Origin: Botryllus schlosseri
Taxonomy: Eukaryota
Length of the DNA: 64,000 nucleotides
NCBI GenBank assembly: GCA_051294905.1
Contig: CM119372.1
Coordinates: 17,796,001 to 17,860,000 of the forward strand
Reading direction: 5' to 3'
Below the pieces are notes generated by a model. That model ran no database searches, was not told the origin of the DNA, and saw only the letters and a program-made list of their open reading frames with translations. Position numbers and translations under genes: made by a program. Shown piece after piece: positions 26,601 to 39,975 of this stretch (positions are counted from its first letter, which is position 1; each line of letters opens with the position of its first letter).

Positions 26601-29600
26601 TAGCCCAACGGGACGGGTAAACGAAAGATCAGCTTTCTGATTACAAGCAAATTTCGGTAACAAATCGCGTTTTCACGCATTCGCGATTGACCTGTAAGTC
26701 GCGCAACACGGTACGCGATTCGGCGAACACATGTTGAGAAGTGCAGAGAAAATCAACAAGGGAGCCCGGCTATGAACTGAGAAGTACCTATGACGAGAGC
26801 CAAGCAAGACACTGGCAACCAGGAAAATGCGCAAAACCATACCGTACCCATTATTATTGGTCAGACAATCAAGCGAAATCGTTTGATACGACAAACGCGA
26901 CTACCGGTGGGACGCTTTTCGTGACGTTAGCGCTCGCTACGGATATTTCAACGTTGGTCAATGACCGCGACCATTTACCACAATTCCGTGTAACATGGAC
27001 CATGTTCATAGGCAAATAAAAGTTCCAGGGAACGTAAACATGGCTAGATGTCCAAAAAATCGCGACTCTCCGCCCTGCCGTAGACAGAGGCTTGCTACGC
27101 GAGTAGCGCCTAATTTCAGCTCCACTCAATGCGTGGCATATGCGCGATATCGCAGACATACAAACACCGACAAGTACTATTCAATCGGAGATCGTCGTCT
27201 TTTGGTGTATATGACACGCAGATAAATTTACTTTCACGTACACCACTCATAACAGCATCCGTTTACCAGTTGTGACGAAACGCGTCTAAGTAGGTACCAA
27301 TAAAATTCCATTCCGAAAAAGTACAATCGTGTCAAGTCCATCGCATGATTCGATATCAAGTTGGCGCTACATTTCACTGCCTGGGTTATTTATAGTTTGC
27401 TTTCATCGGCCAGAATTACCTTTTCATTTCATGCAGCGTAAAGGCCGTATTGCTGACCAATAGTCAGATACGACATCGAAAGCTCACACGTTTCGCGGAG
27501 GTGTCAACGGAAACATATTCGTGTTTGGCCTCCTAACACAGACCGCATAATTCAATATGTGGGCAATGTACAATTTAAACGAGGACACAATTTCAACGAG
27601 AGCAAACGACCTGATACCCAATGCAGTTGAAAGAGAAAAATATATTCATAATATGTATTGTCCGATGCTAGCCGAGTTGATACTCATCAGTCATAAGGGG
27701 TACCGCCAGCTATAATACGAGTATTCAAAAACTATGCATTGGCTTAGTCGCGAAGATTTCCGGGTTAAAATGTGTTATTATTTAGAAATGTCATGACTTT
27801 TCCTATATAGGTTCCCAAATAATTTTCGGCGTGCAACGATCTGCCGATCGCGCTCGACTCGGTTGTGCAAAATCTCTCAAAATCATGGCTAGGTTAGGCT
27901 AAAATCGGCGAATTGGACCCGTTTTACCAACGCTACAGGACTTGACGGTACTTGAATGGATCAGTTGGGTTGTGGATGGCAGATGGGTAATGGAAGGCAG
28001 ATGGGTAATTACTGATTAGACTAATTATAACGAGTGAGATATTCAAACATCGCACGTATACAGTACCGGTATGCGAGTCACATCAATATCTACGACGAAA
28101 ACTAGCAGGCCCAATAGCAGTGTATAACTCCAGCCTTTTTACCGCCACGCGGCCATGCCCCATTTACAAAAATTTACTTCGTCGGGACCCCCACAAGAAC
28201 ATCATAATTCACTGAAAAACGAGCGCATCGCCACTTTTTTCAGACAAAAAGTGCATGCCGAAGTTGCGAAATTCACGATTGCTCACAATGCGAACTGCTC
28301 GGGCTGTAAAAAAAGTCCCGCGGTTTCCGATTCCTCGTAATTGGGTTGTGATTATCTATAGCAGCGCAGCATTTCGCGAGTGCGAGAGTTGAAGTATTCC
28401 TATAGGTATGAGTAGTAAGAAAATCGTATTTAATTTGCGAGATACAACTGTTTCATGTAGACAACGTTGTCTATGCGGGGTAGAACTATATTCAATATTC
28501 ATAGCACATCGGAGAATATGTCCATTGTCCAGGCTCAATTGGACGATATCGGCCACTTAATGGCGACGTAAAATGGCCGAAAGCCCTTCCTCGCACGGCA
28601 AGGACCGATTCTTCTTTTCTGCATGTTTTGAATCAAGATTCCGTTTTAACAGGCTGGGCTTCGTGGTCGCGCTAAAAAACGATTTTCATACAGGCCACGA
28701 AGAGTAGCAAACATAGCGATGAATCCATACTTCATGTATCCTGGATTATACTATCGTTTCGGCATGGCTAAAATTTATCGCACTTGCTGCACAGATGCAT
28801 CAGTATGTTAGCCCAAGTAGCCTAGCTAGCTGATATCGTCGGATGCATGGCTCTCTTTCATGTGGATCCGGTGTGGCTCAATGATATCATCGTGAAATTA
28901 CTGCACAACTGTAGCAATCGTGCATCGTGTGCATTTTTAGTTGTATATTGCAAAGGACAGCAAATTCCAGACTGAATACAATTAAATATCACCTGACAAG
29001 GTCTCGAGTGCCACAGGCTGAGAACGACTGTAGCGGTGTGATAAAATACAACGTGGTAACTTTTAATGAAGTAGTAAGAGCTTTATAAATTTAGATAATG
29101 CTATATACCACTTGATAGTGTTTAAATATGGGTTCATTCGATTAGACGATAGCAACGAATGTGATTCACGATTCTGCATATGCAGTTGTGCACTGTGCAG
29201 ATTTCTACAATCTCAGTAAACTCTAAAAAAATGCGAACATGAATCATCAACGGTTTTCTTCGCGGCAAATCATCAATGATTTCAGAGGATTGGCGAGAGC
29301 CGCAAGGTCAGCGGAGGGCTTGATGTTGAAGGGGTACACTTTTTACAACTTTATTTCCCGCAGAATCCAGCTATTCTATAACTGTGGTTCTTCACCTTTA
29401 CTTGCCAATCTGCGAGCTCTTCGGGGACCCCAAACTTACACATCGAATGCACATCCAACAGATTATTATAGATTTCCGGTGCACAAAATGAACTGTGCAT
29501 CAGCAGAGTGGTAAAAGAAGAAAACATTATAATGATCACTTGATCAGTGTTCCCAGCTTCTGATGTTCCCTTTCAGATACCAGTTCAGAAAATCGACGTT

Positions 29601-32600
29601 TCTTCAACTTGGAAAGCGTCATCGAAACGTAACAGCGTGACACCAACTGCTTAATTGCAAACGAGCTTAAAGTATTGGAGATTGAATTTGAATTTCAGAA
29701 GGTTGTGCTCTTGATTTGCAACCCCACCACACCCCGCGCGCGCCACTGCATCACGTCGTAGGTCGTACGATCGGTCACCACTCCACTGCTGACCGCGCCT
29801 AATTGCCTGCAACCAACGACGGCCATTGGCCAAGACGGACGTGCCACCACAAATCAGGAGTTGAGTGTGTGTCTTGCTCGTGACCCCCCCCCCGAGGCTG
29901 GCTAAGGGAACCCCCGGGTTCCCGGGAACACCGGCTGAAAACCATTGTTCTATAATATCGTCTCGAAGTCGAAATAATATCGGCGCCAATAGAAAAGTCA
30001 AACCGATCAACGATTGATGATTGCGCGCGCTGGAAAAAATGTCATACTGCACTACATAATACATGACTGCAAAGGTACACTCAATTTCCGATGGAGTTCA
30101 ATTAGATGGATATCAACAGCAAACTTCATCAAGCGCTGGTCATCCATAATTCAAACGGAACTCCCCTTTCGGCAGATTAAACAGCGATTGCATTACCGTC
30201 GGGGCAGTTGATCGCCTTTATTCACATTTCCTCGCTTGGAACAGGTTCTTGGAGTTACAGAACTTAAATATACAATTGAATAGTATATACAAGGTATATT
30301 ATACATATTGAAATGAACCCGAATATTTTCGAGTTAGTAGAGAAATGGAAAGAACATTGTATATCCTCGCTTGTCAATGCATTATCGAAAATGTGGCGCA
30401 CAGAGCAATCCATCGGTCAAAGCTCGCGCAGTGATGTCGATTCTTCTCGGATCACAGATCAGTGATCAATGATCATACCATATAAATGATGATTAATCCG
30501 TGACGCTGGTCGTTGATTGGGTGGGATAATCACCGTGACATGGGTCTTGGGTCGACGAAATATACTCCCTTGAGGTCCGGCTAGTGACAACAATACATCC
30601 CATTCGGATTTTTTCTCACGAATGGTCAGGTAACTCAGGTTCCATAAACTCGAATGAGTTATGGGATGCGAAAAGTCCCAGATCATCGAATTGAATTGCT
30701 TTCGAGTGTCGCCGGGCGTTGCATATGTAGCGGGCAACGCGCAATTGAAAACAAGTTTCGGACGTTTCTGGGCTTCCGTATCGGAAAACCAAAATAATGG
30801 AAAAGCACCTAGAAGGCCAGAACTACCCAGTCACGGATCGCGGTCGCGCAATATCTGACAACATCATGGAAGCACAGAATCACACAAATTAGCCACAAGG
30901 CAAATTACGATAACGTTAGGATGTTAACATTGAGAGCGGCAAAACATAGGCCTGCTCACATCAGATATAACATGCAGAGATCTAATAAGGCTTTTGAGAG
31001 GGATTGGATCATGGATATCTAGATATCATGGAACGGATGTACCGAGGCGACAAAAGGAATAGAGAAGCATAAATTCAAAAATTTATCATTGCCACCGAAA
31101 AACTACCGAATCTGATTTTTTCGTTGCAACTTACGCTCTATCCAACGCTACTACCGATGCTACACATCCGCAGAGGCGGTATGTTCCATCTCACTCTGTC
31201 AAAATGGTTTTATACGCATTACGTTGGGATTGGGAGCGTTACCATCAATTAAAGACCAGCAGCATATATAGCTCAGAAACAACGCATCGCTACCTCTGTA
31301 ACAGAAAAAGCGCCCGAAAGATCGCTAGAATTAGTGAAGTTCACATTTGCATGCAACAAGATCCAATCGGATAACAACGCCGCGACAGATTGCAAGTTGC
31401 CGCTTTTCCAAATGAACAAAGTCCGCCTCGTATCGGGAACAGAGCGCAAAGAAAATGATAAACTGAAGTTGAGCGGTGCGAACTTGACGAACAAGAATCA
31501 AAGGAGCCAGATACTCACAACTTCGCCGTCTGACATTAATCGAACACAACGCAAAAAAGGCAATTGCACGCAGGTCTGTTCAACAAGATACCCACTATTG
31601 CTGCACGTATACGTAACAATGGTTATGGCGCGACATGATTGTTTAGTGGTCGATCTCCACGACGCTACCTAATTAAGCTGACGAGGAAATCGAGATTAGA
31701 TACTTCGACGGCGACCCCGACTCTGACACATCAACATCGACCCCTTTCAATATATTATTGTATTACTTCTTACAATATATATGGACAATATGGTATTAGT
31801 ATTAGACGCCAGAACGGGCGCCAACGACGAAAACGCGAAACGGCCGATACGTGGTACTACCGTACAAGGACACTGTACGAGTGTACGTGGTACTATCGAA
31901 ATAAGGCATAAGAATCGCAGAAGGACAATCTTAATAAGCGAATAAACTAATCTACAGCACCATCCAATACATTCGCATTTCCCAAGCGTTTCCCAATAGC
32001 AATCGCATCGTATGCTCCGTGATACTTAATCATAGACATGACTCGCGATTCCTTACGTTGGGAATTTACAATCGACCAAACAGGGGGAAACAAAACGCTA
32101 AGTCACTGTTGTAATGTAACCAGGACATAATCCAAGCCACATGTGGGACTTTTCAATTACTTACCAATCTGTGAGACGTTAAACTCGCGTGATGCTCGTC
32201 GCTGTGCCGCAACGATCTCTTGAGAACTCTCGGGTGCGAGAACAAGTAAATATTTTCATCCTCGAAAACCTGTACAGGGAGAATGTTCAAGATCTACACC
32301 GCGCAAGGAAAACATCGCCAGTACTCGCTACATAATAGGGCGAAGAGAATTTTTGAAATATTTGTGTAATATATTCTTATTGAAATATACTCGAATGTCT
32401 TCGGACGATTCACGTCAGGGGCAGTCATCAGCGACGAGAGTCAGCCGAAAATAGTCGAGTATAAGGAATAAATTATTCGATTGTAGAGTAGAGCGAAAGC
32501 GCACCAAATCGTACGGTAATCGCCGAAGAATAGCCTGGATGCCGGATGTGACATAAGCACGGCGCTCGGCGTCTTTTGAAATAAATAGGTGACGAGATGA

Positions 32601-35051
32601 TGCAGGTCTTCAAAACGGACCCGCGCTTGTAAACCGCAGTGGGGAGAATCGACAACATGCAATTGATGACGATTTTATATAATGTCCAGGACACGCGGTA
32701 CAGTACACGTTTCCCTGCTCGTTTCCGAACTCAGGTGTAGAGAAGCGCTTGGTCGTTTGTGTCGCATAGCAAGCTCATACGCGGGCGAAGATGTGGTGAA
32801 ACCCGAACCAGTCATAGTTTCGTTAAGCGGGTTCTTGGCGAAACGGAAGACTTTCAGAGCCAAATTTGGACGTAAAATACAAACAACAGGGGTCGAACTT
32901 TGGCCGCGGAGTCGCATGCACACTAGGGCTCTTCAAAAATGACTTATTTTCTCAAATCGTACTGGCTACTTGATAAAATTGTTAGGTTACTCAATTTAAG
33001 CCTACACACAAAATTTGGTTTAATTCGAGCCAGCAACCGCTTTGCTACAGGAGAAGAAAGTTTCTATTTATTATATAAAAATAAATCATAAAAAATTTGA
33101 AAATTTTCTGTTCACCCCATGAAAGTGTTTGGCTGTCTATAGAAACGATGCTCACCAAATTTGGTTCAATTCCAACCAATGGAAGCGGAGTTATTACCGT
33201 CGAAAAATTTGGATTTGAATAAAATAGTATTTACGGTGAGCACAACTACAATACATAAACAAAGAATCGGTCACCGTAAATACTATTTTATTCAAATCCA
33301 AATTTCGACACGAGTTTTGCACTGTTCAGAGGTGTCGCGAGAAAATTAGTTAACAAGGTTGCCGTCTATGTATAACAAAATTCTGAGTAGCACTTGACAA
33401 GTTGATGGTTAGATAAGGTCATCACCGTGACCGTGATATTAATGCTTGACCGAGAATGATGATCTTCCTTTGTAGTCAACACCGCCAGAACGTAGGCCTG
33501 AGCCCTGAACAGTGACATGGTGGCATATTAGTCATCAGGTTCTAAAATTTTGCGCTCATGATATACTTGATATTCTATCGTTCATGGTGCCGAAAACTAT
33601 ATTTCGATTTCCGTGGGTGCCGCGAGGTCAAAATGGTTGAAAACCAATGAATCAATCCATCAATCAATTAATTTCACGGGGATGCGATTGGTGAGGAAAG
33701 AACTTCTATAGGTTGGGGAATAATTTGGCGGCGTCAATTCCTCCCTGTTTGGTTTAGAATTGTCAGCTTTTCTATATTCAACTCCATGATTCCGTTGGAC
33801 ACTACTTGCTTTTGCGACGCGTCGCCTTAGGCTCTTGTTACCATAAATGATGATATTGAATAGTATATTCATATTGAAACTCACCCAAATATTTTCGGCT
33901 GACACTTGTCAGGGGTAATCGTCAGCAACTAATAGAGAAATGGAAAGAACATTCTACATCCTCGCTTGTCAATGCATTATCGAAAATGTGTCGCACAAAG
34001 CAATCCATCGCTCAAAGCTCACGCAGTGATGTCGATCCTTCTAGGATCACAGATCAGTGATCGTACAATATAAATGATGATTAATCCGTGACGCTGGTCG
34101 TTTATTGGGTGGGCGTGGGATGATCACCGTGACATGGGTCTTGGGTCGACGAAATATACTCCCTTGAGGTACGGCTGGCGACAACAATACTTCCATTCGG
34201 ATTTTGTTCTTACCAAGGAATAGTCAGGTACCATGAGCCCGAATGAGTTATGGGATGCGAAAAGTCCCAGATCATCGAATTGAATTGCTTTCGAGTGAAA
34301 CACAATTTCGATAATGCATTGACAAGCGAGGATATGCGATGTTCTTTCTTTCCAATTCTCTACTAGTGGCTGACGATTACCCCTGACGAGTGTCAGCCGA
34401 AAATGTTCGGGTTCATTTCAATATGAATATACTATTTAATTGTATATTGAAGTTCTGTACCCCCAAGAAGCTCTTTAAATAATGATATGCGCGTAGCTTT
34501 ATATCAGTATTATTTCTAAAAAAGCGCACTGGCGTTCGCGTGAACGTTCCTTCGCTGACGGTTTTTAAATGGAACATTCTCGCTTCTAACAATTCTTTTA
34601 CATAATCGGACAGCAGCATGTGTTCATTATGTTTGCTAGCGTTTGTGAATGCAAGGGTGGCCATAGTGCAAGGAAAACTGTGGTTAGGATCAATCAAAAA
34701 GGGGTCCGCGACAGTAAGGTTGGGAAACAATGTTCAAGAATGAGTTACAAAGCATGTGAAATTTGCATACTCCTACATACAGAGAAAATACGCCAACAAA
34801 ACCACGACTAACATTATAAATCAGGCCCATACCTTTCCGTGATTCCAAAATCCGTTCGCGCTAGCGATGTTGTCGGCATCTTCTTCATTACCGTCAATCT
34901 CCACCGTCCATTGATTTGCATACTCAACCGACGCCGTACCATAAACCTTTACAACCGCAAGCCACAGGGCCAACATTGTCATTGTCCTTTTCCAAGGAGA
35001 TACCCGCCAATACCGAACGGGAGAATTATCTTCCGCTCCATTTGGAAACAT
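11146..35051 (-). CDS. FURIN: Furin-like proprotein convertase, 16 coding exons, 832 aa as reconstructed
   Basis: Exons 35051-34833, 32269-32165, 24961-24851, 22226-22098, 21371-21206, 20097-19925, 18953-18741, 18132-18032, 17963-17860, 17334-17171, 17104-16965, 15314-15187, 14596-14514, 14453-14402, 13979-13911 and 11687-11146 all have GT-AG introns with matching phases (2499 nt). The protein has a signal peptide, prodomain ending RVKR, catalytic D/H/S, oxyanion N, P-domain RRGD, a short Cys-rich region, a TM helix and an SDSEDE acidic cluster. Confidence 0.92.
13911..13979 (-). CDS. FURIN: Furin coding exon 15 (start of Cys-rich region)
   Basis: ttttcttatgcag|[22 protein letters not shown]|gtatgt. 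Confidence 0.75.
14402..14453 (-). CDS. FURIN: Furin coding exon 14 (linker)
   Basis: ttttttcattatgtag|[17 protein letters not shown]|gtgaga. It supplies the phase 0-to-1 change needed between its neighbours. Confidence 0.72.
14514..14596 (-). CDS. FURIN: Furin coding exon 13 (end of P domain)
   Basis: gcag|(G)[27 protein letters not shown]|gtagct. Confidence 0.82.
15187..15314 (-). CDS. FURIN: Furin coding exon 12 (P domain)
   Basis: [24 protein letters not shown]. Confidence 0.92.
16965..17104 (-). CDS. FURIN: Furin coding exon 11 (P domain, RGD)
   Basis: [34 protein letters not shown]. Confidence 0.92.
17171..17334 (-). CDS. FURIN: Furin coding exon 10
   Basis: [14 protein letters not shown]...[10 protein letters not shown]...KKTFK|gtcggt. 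Confidence 0.88.
17860..17963 (-). CDS. FURIN: Furin coding exon 9
   Basis: [15 protein letters not shown]...[10 protein letters not shown]. Confidence 0.93.
18032..18132 (-). CDS. FURIN: Furin coding exon 8 (catalytic Ser)
   Basis: [33 protein letters not shown]. Confidence 0.94.
18741..18953 (-). CDS. FURIN: Furin coding exon 7 (oxyanion Asn)
   Basis: [17 protein letters not shown]...[19 protein letters not shown]...[18 protein letters not shown]. Confidence 0.94.
19700..19787 (+). mobile_element. SINE 3' fragment
   Basis: ggtgtaaatgaccatag...caaacaaacaa matches the 3' end of the SINE at 54523-54798. Confidence 0.6.
19925..20097 (-). CDS. FURIN: Furin coding exon 6
   Basis: [14 protein letters not shown]...[20 protein letters not shown]. 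Confidence 0.94.
21206..21371 (-). CDS. FURIN: Furin coding exon 5 (catalytic His)
   Basis: [18 protein letters not shown]...[18 protein letters not shown]...GIAYDAKIG. Confidence 0.94.
21460..21930. mobile_element. Degenerate MITE family D copy in furin intron
   Basis: Starts CAGAGGTGGACAAAGTAG and has AGTAGAAGT motifs. Similar decayed copies lie near 12130-12320, 14020-14290, 17575-17790 and 63130-63350. Boundaries approximate. Confidence 0.55.
22098..22226 (-). CDS. FURIN: Furin coding exon 4 (catalytic Asp)
   Basis: [31 protein letters not shown]|gtaagt. Confidence 0.94.
22682..24118. mobile_element. Non-autonomous DNA transposon with long imperfect TIRs (superfamily uncertain)
   Basis: CACTGGTCAACA / TGTTGACCAGTG ends, with inverted similarity extending about 120 bp (ggggttctga...ttggctc vs gagccaa...tcagaaacccc). 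AT-rich interior with no intact ORF. Confidence 0.7.
24851..24961 (-). CDS. FURIN: Furin coding exon 3 (autocleavage site)
   Basis: ttcag|[37 protein letters not shown]|gtaag. Confidence 0.92.
30240..30710. repeat. Partial copy of the foldback MITE at about 33855-34477
   Basis: About 370 bp near-identical to 33935-34297 (agagaaatggaaagaacatt...ttgaattgctttcgagtg). Confidence 0.8.
32165..32269 (-). CDS. FURIN: Furin coding exon 2 (prodomain)
   Basis: tacag|[35 protein letters not shown]|gtaagt. Confidence 0.88.
33205..33305. repeat. Perfect 35-bp inverted repeat with 31-nt spacer
   Basis: aaatttggatttgaataaaatagtatttacggtga (33205-33239) and its reverse complement (33271-33305). Confidence 0.9.
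33855..34477. mobile_element. Foldback MITE with roughly 130-bp inverted arms; right end abuts TTAA
   Basis: aatagtatattcatattgaaa...atgcattatcgaaa is mirrored by tttcgataatgcat...tttcaatatgaatatactatt. Left end is degraded. Confidence 0.75.
34833..35051 (-). CDS. FURIN: Furin coding exon 1 (signal peptide, prodomain start)
   Basis: [13 protein letters not shown] then [11 protein letters not shown]...GFWNHGK|gtatgg. Upstream acceptor ttcag (AG 35205-35204). Confidence 0.88.
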
Positions 35052-35307
35052 GTTTATTCCCCGGGCTGTCTTCCGGCTGTCTCCGTATCGAAAAGGCCGG
35101 GCCTCGGTAACAAATTACTTTCAGACCACGTCAAGTCCCAAAAGGGACCGCGCTAATGAAGCGTTAGCGACTAATAAAGTGCCAAGTCGATAGCGCCAAT
35201 ATCCTGAAATTAGGAACAATAATAATCGCAGCACCGATTATGCAACATCCTCAAATTAGGAACAATCGCAGCATCGGTTGCATGTGTACACTGTACGGTC
35301 TTGTACT

Positions 35308-35343
35308 CAGTCAGTCAGTCAGTCAGTCAGTCAGTCAGTCAGT
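35308..35343. repeat. (CAGT)n microsatellite
   Basis: About 9 tandem CAGT units. Confidence 0.95.
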
Positions 35344-38300
35344 ATGCTTTATTCATCTCACCAACAAACACATGTAAATTGGTATACTACTTGATTTTTA
35401 AAACTGGAGCAAGAACTCATCAAAATTCGCAACAAGAATTAAAACTAGTAAAAAAATCGGTAGTTAGTTGACCATCAACCAACTAGATGGGTAGTTTGTA
35501 CTAATGTACAAGTCTGGCTCTAAACGCAGCAGCCGCGCGTTTGCGCAAGCAAGAACTCTAACGGGAATCGCCGGATGTTTGTAAGAATAGAATAATCACA
35601 TACGTTTACAACGCAATAGAGACCGGTCTTTGAGCGAATACGTATGAATCATGAGGCTCCAGTCACCTCTGGCGCAGGAAATTTCGCAAGGACGTCATTA
35701 CAACAAATTCCTACGAATTGGCACAAAGATGGCATGCTGGTACGTGAGCTACATCGCAATAGGACTCAATCCCTTGTTTATAGGCTAATCGAATAATTCC
35801 AGTACGCGGAATGGGAATTCAGTCAAATCATATAATCCGTGCGCATCCATACGCGAATTTATTCCGCACCTATTTACCAACAGCCGCTGCCACAGATACC
35901 AAAAGCTGATAAAAATGCGCGAACGTAATTACCACAGAATCAGCGCGAACAGCGGGCGATTAATGCGTGTAGCGAAATCCCCAAAGCGATTAATAGTCCT
36001 CAAGCTCGAGCAGATCCCGTACCAAGAAACGGGACGTGTCTGGCAAACATACCCCTGATATATCTCGAACTACAGGCCGGTTAGTCTTAGTACGCGACCT
36101 TGATCTGACGGTTTTATGCCACCATGATTTTATGTACGCAGCCTCGTGTCGTCTGCATTTTACCGTTCGGTAAGCTCACATATACCAAGCTTCACAGCCT
36201 TGAACAATATTCAAGAGGTCAAGGACAAAGTTCGCTCGCATCAGCAAGATTAATAATTGATCGACCAAATTCGCTCTCTTTGAAGTCTTGTTGTTAACAC
36301 ATAGGCTACATCGGAAATGTAAATTACTTGATAAGCCACGGGTTTTTGAATCCCGAGCTCTCGACCCAAATGTGGTCGAGGCGGTGGTCAGATTACGAAA
36401 CAAAAATTGGCAAATTTACACTGAAACATGATAGAAGGATATTCGTGATCCAACTTGAGTCATAATGGCAATTGATCGAATTACGCCGAGACAACACACT
36501 TGTATCTGAAATTCTACTGCTTGCAACGCAGCGTAAACCACAATGGTAAGCTTCTGTTCGCATACTTTCCACTTACGCGTAACTCATATATTGACGGAAT
36601 GTGGTAACGTTGATGCAACCCAGTAATTTTGCTGTAGAAACTCCTTCAATTTCGACTTGAACATTGACCGTGGCTTACGAATCGTGTGACGAATCCACAT
36701 AAAAATGGACACTGGACAGGCAATTGCAGGTGAAAGTCATGTGTTGGCACGAGCAGGAACAATACGCGGTATTGTTATGCAAAAAAACGCAGGCTACATT
36801 CGCAACTTCGTCCATCACGGAATAGTGCAACCACGCCGTCAACGTGGATGGCGCCGATGCTTAATATTGATATGATGTATGAGATGTGTGTGCAACTGTG
36901 CATGTCATACCTCTTCGATATCCTTGTCCGATCAGCCTGATCAGGTATCGGTTTTAATTGTTATTTCAGCGAACAAGGTAATCGCGTAGTAGAATCGGCG
37001 CCACGCATTCGCGCCACGGGGTAAAACGAAATTAACGGCTCCTTCAACATTAGTATTCGTCATTCGAGTAGAGAAAAATGGTTTCGTTGCGTCGTGCGAT
37101 TTGCAACGAAAGAAGACAGCGTATGGTCTGTTGCGCACTTGCACAGCGACCTTATCGCGCGCGGTGCGAACAAGTTCACGACGTGGTAACAATCCGGAAA
37201 ACACCTCGAAAAGGACTTCCCGCGTTGGACGACCTACACAATTTCGAAGCGATACAACAGTCCTTGTATTTCAGTTACTTTACACCTTCATCTGTCGTGC
37301 CTAGCCTACTGATATTCCTACATAAAAGTCATATATATATTTAAAATAGGAATACCAACACAATTCAGGACAACTAAAATTAAGTTATAAGGAACATTTA
37401 TAATATCATACCAAATTATTACTCTCCATCCAGTTCTTACATAACATTGCCCACTGTGTTCCTTTGTTATTTTGTGACCGCAAGAGTAGCCTACATTTGT
37501 TTCCTCACCAATTCAACATACGACATCTGGCACATTCTTACTTCTTGTATTAGAAGAGAAATTGAAGATTACAGTTAAGTCTCCATCATCATGATTGCTC
37601 CAGAGACAAATCAACTATGGAGTAATTAATAATTGATCAGAGACTTCACAGTATTCGAATTCGAGTTGAGTACTGCTTGACATCCAGTTGCGAGACTAGA
37701 AATTACATCACTTGCAACTAAAAAGCATTTGATTAACAATAGTGATTGTATCAGTCTTGTTCTTTCCAATCACTGCATTTCAAAGCTTACATTAGCTGTT
37801 TTTATCTTGGTATCTAAATTTATGAGCTTGATGCACGAGGCGACACAATATTCATGGAAACAACAGATCAGCATCAACCCTTTTTGATAGGCCTAATAAG
37901 TATATAGCCTAAGCAAACTTTTATTCACTTGGATCCAACTTCATAGATCCAAATGTTAATAATCATTTCTTGTGTGATGTCATTTATAATAATTGGTCCT
38001 AGTCAATTTCTGATTCCCACTATGGCTTCTATTGTATGCAAATCAGTCAGGTACTGTAAGATCTCCTACAGATAGCACTCACGGAAGAGAAATACACTTG
38101 GTTCTTGCCTAGGCATTTTACAATAAGTCAAATAAAACTTTCGTAGTGAAAAGCTATACAACCAATCTCAACCACCTTACGCATCCCTCAATTTATCAAT
38201 TTAGCCATGATTGAGTCCGTGCTCTGCTCTCTATCACAATGTTCAGGCTTATTTCAAGGTTGAACCAACGTTCAAAATAAAATGAAAGAAAAATTACACA

Positions 38301-39559
38301 GTCATAGAGTAACAAGAAACCAACGAATTCACCATGAAAAACTGAAAATCTTCCTACAAACATCAGAGAAACTGTAACTTAAACTACCTACATATAAAAT
38401 TGCACAGTTGACTGCAGCCATACGGAGCTATTTAAAAAGGCTCAAAAGCTGTTGATACAAAAGCAATTCTCTTTCATTGAAGACAAGTATGAAAGCAAAA
38501 GACATTCGGCAAACAACAACATTATGGCGTAAACAATAGGTACCAACGAACATAATACAATCAATTGAATACCAAGAAATACTCGGAAAACATGTTAGAT
38601 ATAGCTTGAACCGAGAAGTTTATTACACATTGAAATGCTAGTTTATCAAATAAAATAACCCTACTACTAATATCCATAATTGTTGCATGTTTCCGAGTCA
38701 GACCTATACACAAATATGAATCCTATAGCTTCATTGTTCATCAAGTATGTTGCCATTGTGCACGATGTGCAATTGTGCACTACGTCAGTTCACAACCAAC
38801 ACATCACGCACTAGGCAGCACTATTTCCGCGGAGGAGCAATAAGATATCAACAATAATATTACTGTAGAAGTGTGCAGTGAACGTATATGTGCCATAGTA
38901 CATCAGTGTAAACATTCGTTGGTAATACAATACCCTACTGACACAGCTGCTGTACTCCCATACTGTGTTGTGCGGTAGGTAGTTATCTATAGGTTAGTTA
39001 TCTATATATTAACAGACAGCTCATATTTACATCCAGATCTATAATTGTTTTGTTTCAAATTAGGAAGATAAATAGATTGTATACCACGGTATACAACAAA
39101 GACGAATTTCAACAATATGAATTTGAAGCAGGATACTCTGAAATTGTGTTAGTCTGCAGTATGCACTCAACATTGCCGTATCACGATTTTGACATAACCA
39201 TTTCACACTTTTACCATTAGACATAGCCACTACATTACTACAACTACGTTTTCCGGACTCCTGATATACCAGAATGAAGTGGCAACGGCATTATAAGGTG
39301 GATTTAAATTGATGATGTCAGCAATGTCGACGATGTCACTATATACTTTCATTACTGCAATCAATCAATCATCAGATTATATTTTCATCTGCCCAAGACA
39401 CACACACACAGTGTACAATGCGATATACAAGACACACAATGTGATGTAACGAACAGATAGATGGATGCCGAACGACCAACTATACGATTGACCCACTGCA
39501 AAAACTACAACCTCGGATCATCCGTATCATTGCCAAAGCCCTACGGGGGCCAGATGTGC

Positions 39560-39790
39560 AACTGATTAATCGCTACTCAAAAGATTTGGTGTTCTAAACA
39601 TAGAAGATATGAGGAAGCTAGAAATTCCCAAGTTTATGTATCAGTTACAGTGCGGTCACTGTCCATCAAATTTCAACGACTACTTCACCTCGGAGCCAAA
39701 AGCGCACAAGTACGGCAAACGCGCGTCAGGTCAGTCAGGTTTATTAAAATTTTCATCGTTTCAAAACATCACAAGACTGCGATACAATGA
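39560..39790 (+). mobile_element. LINE (CR1/L2-group) ORF2 C-terminal fragment
   Basis: KLEIPKFMY...PSNFNDYF...HKYGKR resembles the post-RT tail of CR1/L2-group LINEs. Confidence 0.55.
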
Positions 39791-39975
39791 AAAGATAGGA
39801 AGGTGTCGAAACAACTTGGAGTAGCCTTTAAGATCAGACACCCATCTTGGCCCAGGTGCATGCACACTGAATGAAAGAAATGCAGAAAATATAAGACGAC
39901 AGCGACAAAATGAGGTGACATGTGGCGGAGATCGAGGTCGATGTTAGGTCGTGGTCCGGTAATCCTGAAGACTGG

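Noticed and set aside
25000..32000. Many 60-140 aa ORFs in furin introns as nested genes
   Set aside because: No recognisable domains, mostly non-ATG starts and no consistent exon chain; compatible with chance ORFs.
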